Below are positions 61,187 through 64,000 of a stretch of 64,000 bases of DNA, in pieces. The DNA is from Desulfosudaceae bacterium (GTDB lineage: Bacteria > Desulfobacterota > Desulfobacteria > Desulfobacterales > Desulfosudaceae): the NCBI GenBank assembly GCA_963674745.2, contig CAXXDV010000001.1, forward strand, positions 1,728,001 through 1,792,000. The letters run 5' to 3'. Positions within the stretch are counted from its first letter, which is position 1, and the number at the start of each line of letters is the position of its first letter. A program made the translations under genes and the position numbers. The notes beneath the pieces were generated by a model. It was not told the DNA's origin, ran no database searches, and saw nothing but the letters and a program-made list of their open reading frames with translations.

Positions 61187-63484
61187 ATGGCCTTAACAGC
61201 TTCTCAAAGCAAAAAAGCGGATACGGCAGAAGAGCGCCGGCAGAAAGTGCAGGTGCTGAACAAAAAAATATTTTCCGCTTCCAACCTGGATGAAATCCTC
61301 ATTGACTTGAAGGATGATATTCTCGGCCTGTTCGATGCCGAACGCATCACCATCTACTTTGTTGACGGTGTCAAGCGTGAACTGGTGTCGCGCTTCAAGA
61401 CGGGAACTGAAATCGAGGAGATCCGGGTACCGCTTGCGCCCAACAGCATTGCCGGTTTTGCCGCTTTCAAGCAGACGCTGGTAAACATCAAAGACGTTTA
61501 TGATCAGCGAGAACTGGTCAAGATAGACCCCGGCTTGAGCTATGATGACAAGTGGGACAAGCGGACCGGTTTTACCTCCAAGCAGATGCTGGTGGTTCCG
61601 ATTATTTTCAAAAAAATGCTCATCGGCGCCATCCAGCTGATTAATCATAAAACGCAGAAACAGTTCTCAGAAGAGGATGAGAAGGCCATCAGGGAACTTG
61701 CCGACACCATGGGTATCGGCCTTTACAATCAGAAAAAAATGCAGGCCGCCAAAAAAGGGCGGGGAAAATTTGACCTGCTGCTGGAGAATCATATTCTGAC
61801 CCAGAAAGAGGTCAAGAATGCCGCAGTTATGGCCAGGAACCAGGGGAAAGCCATCGAGGAAGTGTTTATCAAAGAGTTTAACGTGCCCAAAGAGCAAATC
61901 GGTGACTCCCTGGCAAAATATTATGATACGCCCTACCGGCCCTATGATGCCAACACACCCATACCCGGTGAGCTTCTGGCCGGTATGAAGGTGCCGTTCA
62001 TGAAGAAAAATGTCTGGGTGCCGCTGGGAACGACCACCGACGGCGTGGTCCAGATCGCCATAGACGATCCCTATGATGTCGGGCGTACCAACGAGATCAA
62101 AGCCCTGTTTTCCGGCCGCACATTGCGTTTCTGCATCTCTTTTAAAGAAGATATTTTTGATTTTATCGAGTTGTTCACTACCGATGACTCGGAAACGTCT
62201 TCCATTGATGATATCCTGTCCCAGATGCAGGCGGAAGATGAAGAGATCATGGAGGCGGAGGCCGGTCTGGATGAAGAAAGCAGCGCCATTGTGCAGCTGG
62301 TCAATAAAATCATCATCGATTCATATAACCGTAACGCCTCTGATATTCATATTGAGCCATATCCGGGCAAAAAGAACACCGAGGTCCGTATCCGTATTGA
62401 CGGTGCCTGCACCCTTTACCAGACCATTCCCTATAATTACAAGGCAGCGGTTGTTTCCCGTCTTAAGATCATGTCGGGCCTGGATATTGCTGAAAGGCGC
62501 AAGCCCCAGGACGGAAAGATCGCTTTTAAGAAGTACGGCGGCCTGGACATCGAGCTTCGTGTGGCGACCTGTCCCACCCAGGGCGGTGTGGAAGACGTGG
62601 TCATGCGTATTCTCGCCGCGGGTGAACCCATCCCATTGGAAAAGATGGGCTTTTCCGAAAACAACCTGAAGCGGTTTCTGGACTGTATCAATAAACCATA
62701 CGGTATTATCTTTGTCTGCGGTCCGACCGGTTCCGGTAAAACAACTACCCTGCATTCGGCCCTGAAAAAGATCAATAAGGTTGAAACCAAAATATGGACC
62801 GCTGAAGATCCGGTTGAAATCACGCAGGTCGGGCTGCGTCAGGTTCAGGTTCAGCCCAAGATCGGCTTTGATTTTGCCGCGGCCATGCGCTCTTTTCTCC
62901 GTGCCGACCCGGACGTCATTATGGTCGGCGAAATGCGGGACAAGGAAACCACCCATATTGGTATTGAAGCGTCTCTGACAGGCCATCTGGTGTTTTCCAC
63001 CCTGCATACCAACAGTGCCCCGGAAAGTATCACCCGTCTGGTTGATATGGGTATGGATCCCTATAACTTTGCCGATGCCCTGTTATGCATTCTTGCTCAA
63101 CGTCTGGTGCGGACACTTTGCAAGGACTGCAAGAAAAAATATCACCCCACGGAAAAGGAATATGACGATCTGGTGCACGCCTATGGCGGGGAGGAAGTGT
63201 TTAAGGCCGGCTTGAACATCCCATACAACGGAGACCTGGAACTTTACAAGCCGGGCGGATGTAATGCCTGTAACAATACCGGATACAGGGGCCGAATGGG
63301 GATCCACGAACTGCTGGTCGGTTCGGATGCGGTTAAACGGTCGATCATTGAGTTGAAGAAGGTGGAGGAGCTAAGAGCTCTGGCCATGGAAGAAGGGATG
63401 AAAACCCTTCTCCAGGACGGTATCGAAAAGGTTTTCGCAGGCCATTGTGATTTGCTGATGGTCAGAAAAGTTTGTATCGCCTGA
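61187..63484 (+). CDS. GspE/PulE/PilB-family ATPase with N-terminal GAF domain
   Basis: GAF (SIAG...NIKDVY...IGAIQLIN); ASDIHIEP, DIAERRKPQDG, GPTGSGKTTT, LRADPDVIMVGEMRD, CxxC...CxxC. Confidence 0.93.
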   Translation: MALTASQSKKADTAEERRQKVQVLNKKIFSASNLDEILIDLKDDILGLFDAERITIYFVDGVKRELVSRFKTGTEIEEIRVPLAPNSIAGFAAFKQTLVNIKDVYDQRELVKIDPGLSYDDKWDKRTGFTSKQMLVVPIIFKKMLIGAIQLINHKTQKQFSEEDEKAIRELADTMGIGLYNQKKMQAAKKGRGKFDLLLENHILTQKEVKNAAVMARNQGKAIEEVFIKEFNVPKEQIGDSLAKYYDTPYRPYDANTPIPGELLAGMKVPFMKKNVWVPLGTTTDGVVQIAIDDPYDVGRTNEIKALFSGRTLRFCISFKEDIFDFIELFTTDDSETSSIDDILSQMQAEDEEIMEAEAGLDEESSAIVQLVNKIIIDSYNRNASDIHIEPYPGKKNTEVRIRIDGACTLYQTIPYNYKAAVVSRLKIMSGLDIAERRKPQDGKIAFKKYGGLDIELRVATCPTQGGVEDVVMRILAAGEPIPLEKMGFSENNLKRFLDCINKPYGIIFVCGPTGSGKTTTLHSALKKINKVETKIWTAEDPVEITQVGLRQVQVQPKIGFDFAAAMRSFLRADPDVIMVGEMRDKETTHIGIEASLTGHLVFSTLHTNSAPESITRLVDMGMDPYNFADALLCILAQRLVRTLCKDCKKKYHPTEKEYDDLVHAYGGEEVFKAGLNIPYNGDLELYKPGGCNACNNTGYRGRMGIHELLVGSDAVKRSIIELKKVEELRALAMEEGMKTLLQDGIEKVFAGHCDLLMVRKVCIA

Positions 63485-63583
63485 TTTTCAAAAAACAGAT
63501 TTCAGCTGTTTTGTCTTGTCCGGTATTAAAACGATTGGGTTCCCGTTCCCTCCTGGCATAGAGGTTAATCCTGCGCTAAAAAG

Positions 63584-63620
63584 AAAAGCGGTCGGATTTT
63601 TGATGCGGCCGCTTTTGTTT
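63584..63620 (+). terminator. probable rho-independent terminator
   Basis: AAAAGCGGTCG/CGGCCGCTTTT followed by a T-rich tail. Confidence 0.55.
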
Positions 63621-63744
63621 GTCTTTGCTTATCCTGCTTTTCACAGAATTTGTCCGCTTGACATCAAGGCTGTCATGTCATAAATGTTGATAAATTTTGT
63701 CCTCTTAACAAAACCCATTTTGGAGCGGGACATTTTTGCGAGTC

Positions 63745-64000
63745 ATGGTTTACCCGCTGACGGTTGAAGGCATTGATCTTTTATGGACAAAAAAACGGCT
63801 GATAGTATATTCCCTTGCATGTCTGCTGCTGGCCGGAGCGGTTATTTACGGTGTGGTGGTGCTGACGGCCGGAAAACGGCCAATACCTTTTGACGGGCAG
63901 GTTGCCGATAAAACACCACAGAATACACAGGATGTTTATCTTTATTTCGGGTCAATGACGGATACCTTTCTGGTAGGAGAAAAGCGGACCCTTTATGGTG
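63745..64000 (+). CDS. probable GerMN-domain protein, 3'-truncated by the window edge
   Basis: Open frame with a TM segment then VYLYFG...FLVGEKR; start uncertain. Confidence 0.5.
   Translation, partial: MVYPLTVEGIDLLWTKKRLIVYSLACLLLAGAVIYGVVVLTAGKRPIPFDGQVADKTPQNTQDVYLYFGSMTDTFLVGEKRTLYG

Overview
64 kb from a bacterial chromosome. Gene content (fhs, selA, hemA/hemC/cobA-hemD/sirC with ccsA, an EbdA/S25dA-like molybdoenzyme, two ADP-forming acyl-CoA synthetases) suggests an anaerobic Desulfobacterota-type organism; this is inference. Bases ~1-17.3 kb are an AT-richer accessory region. It holds the 3' part of an NHL+YD/RHS (teneurin-like) toxin with a probable immunity gene and an internally deleted Y1 (RAYT-like) transposase remnant. 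It also holds an integron-type cassette array (~8.8-14.9 kb, six attC sites plus one long attC-like site) with no canonical intI in the window. The most striking feature is one array unit (10384-12635) that follows the cassette end rules but encodes, antisense to the array, a tyrosine recombinase translationally coupled to an IS91-family HUH/Y2 transposase. The recombinase's catalytic C-terminus lies in the -1 frame behind an A_AAA_AAG slippery site. The array is bracketed by two copies of a 14-8-14 palindromic, lox-like site. The remainder is mostly housekeeping, metabolic and signalling genes. All functional calls come from motif recognition by eye; no database searches were run.
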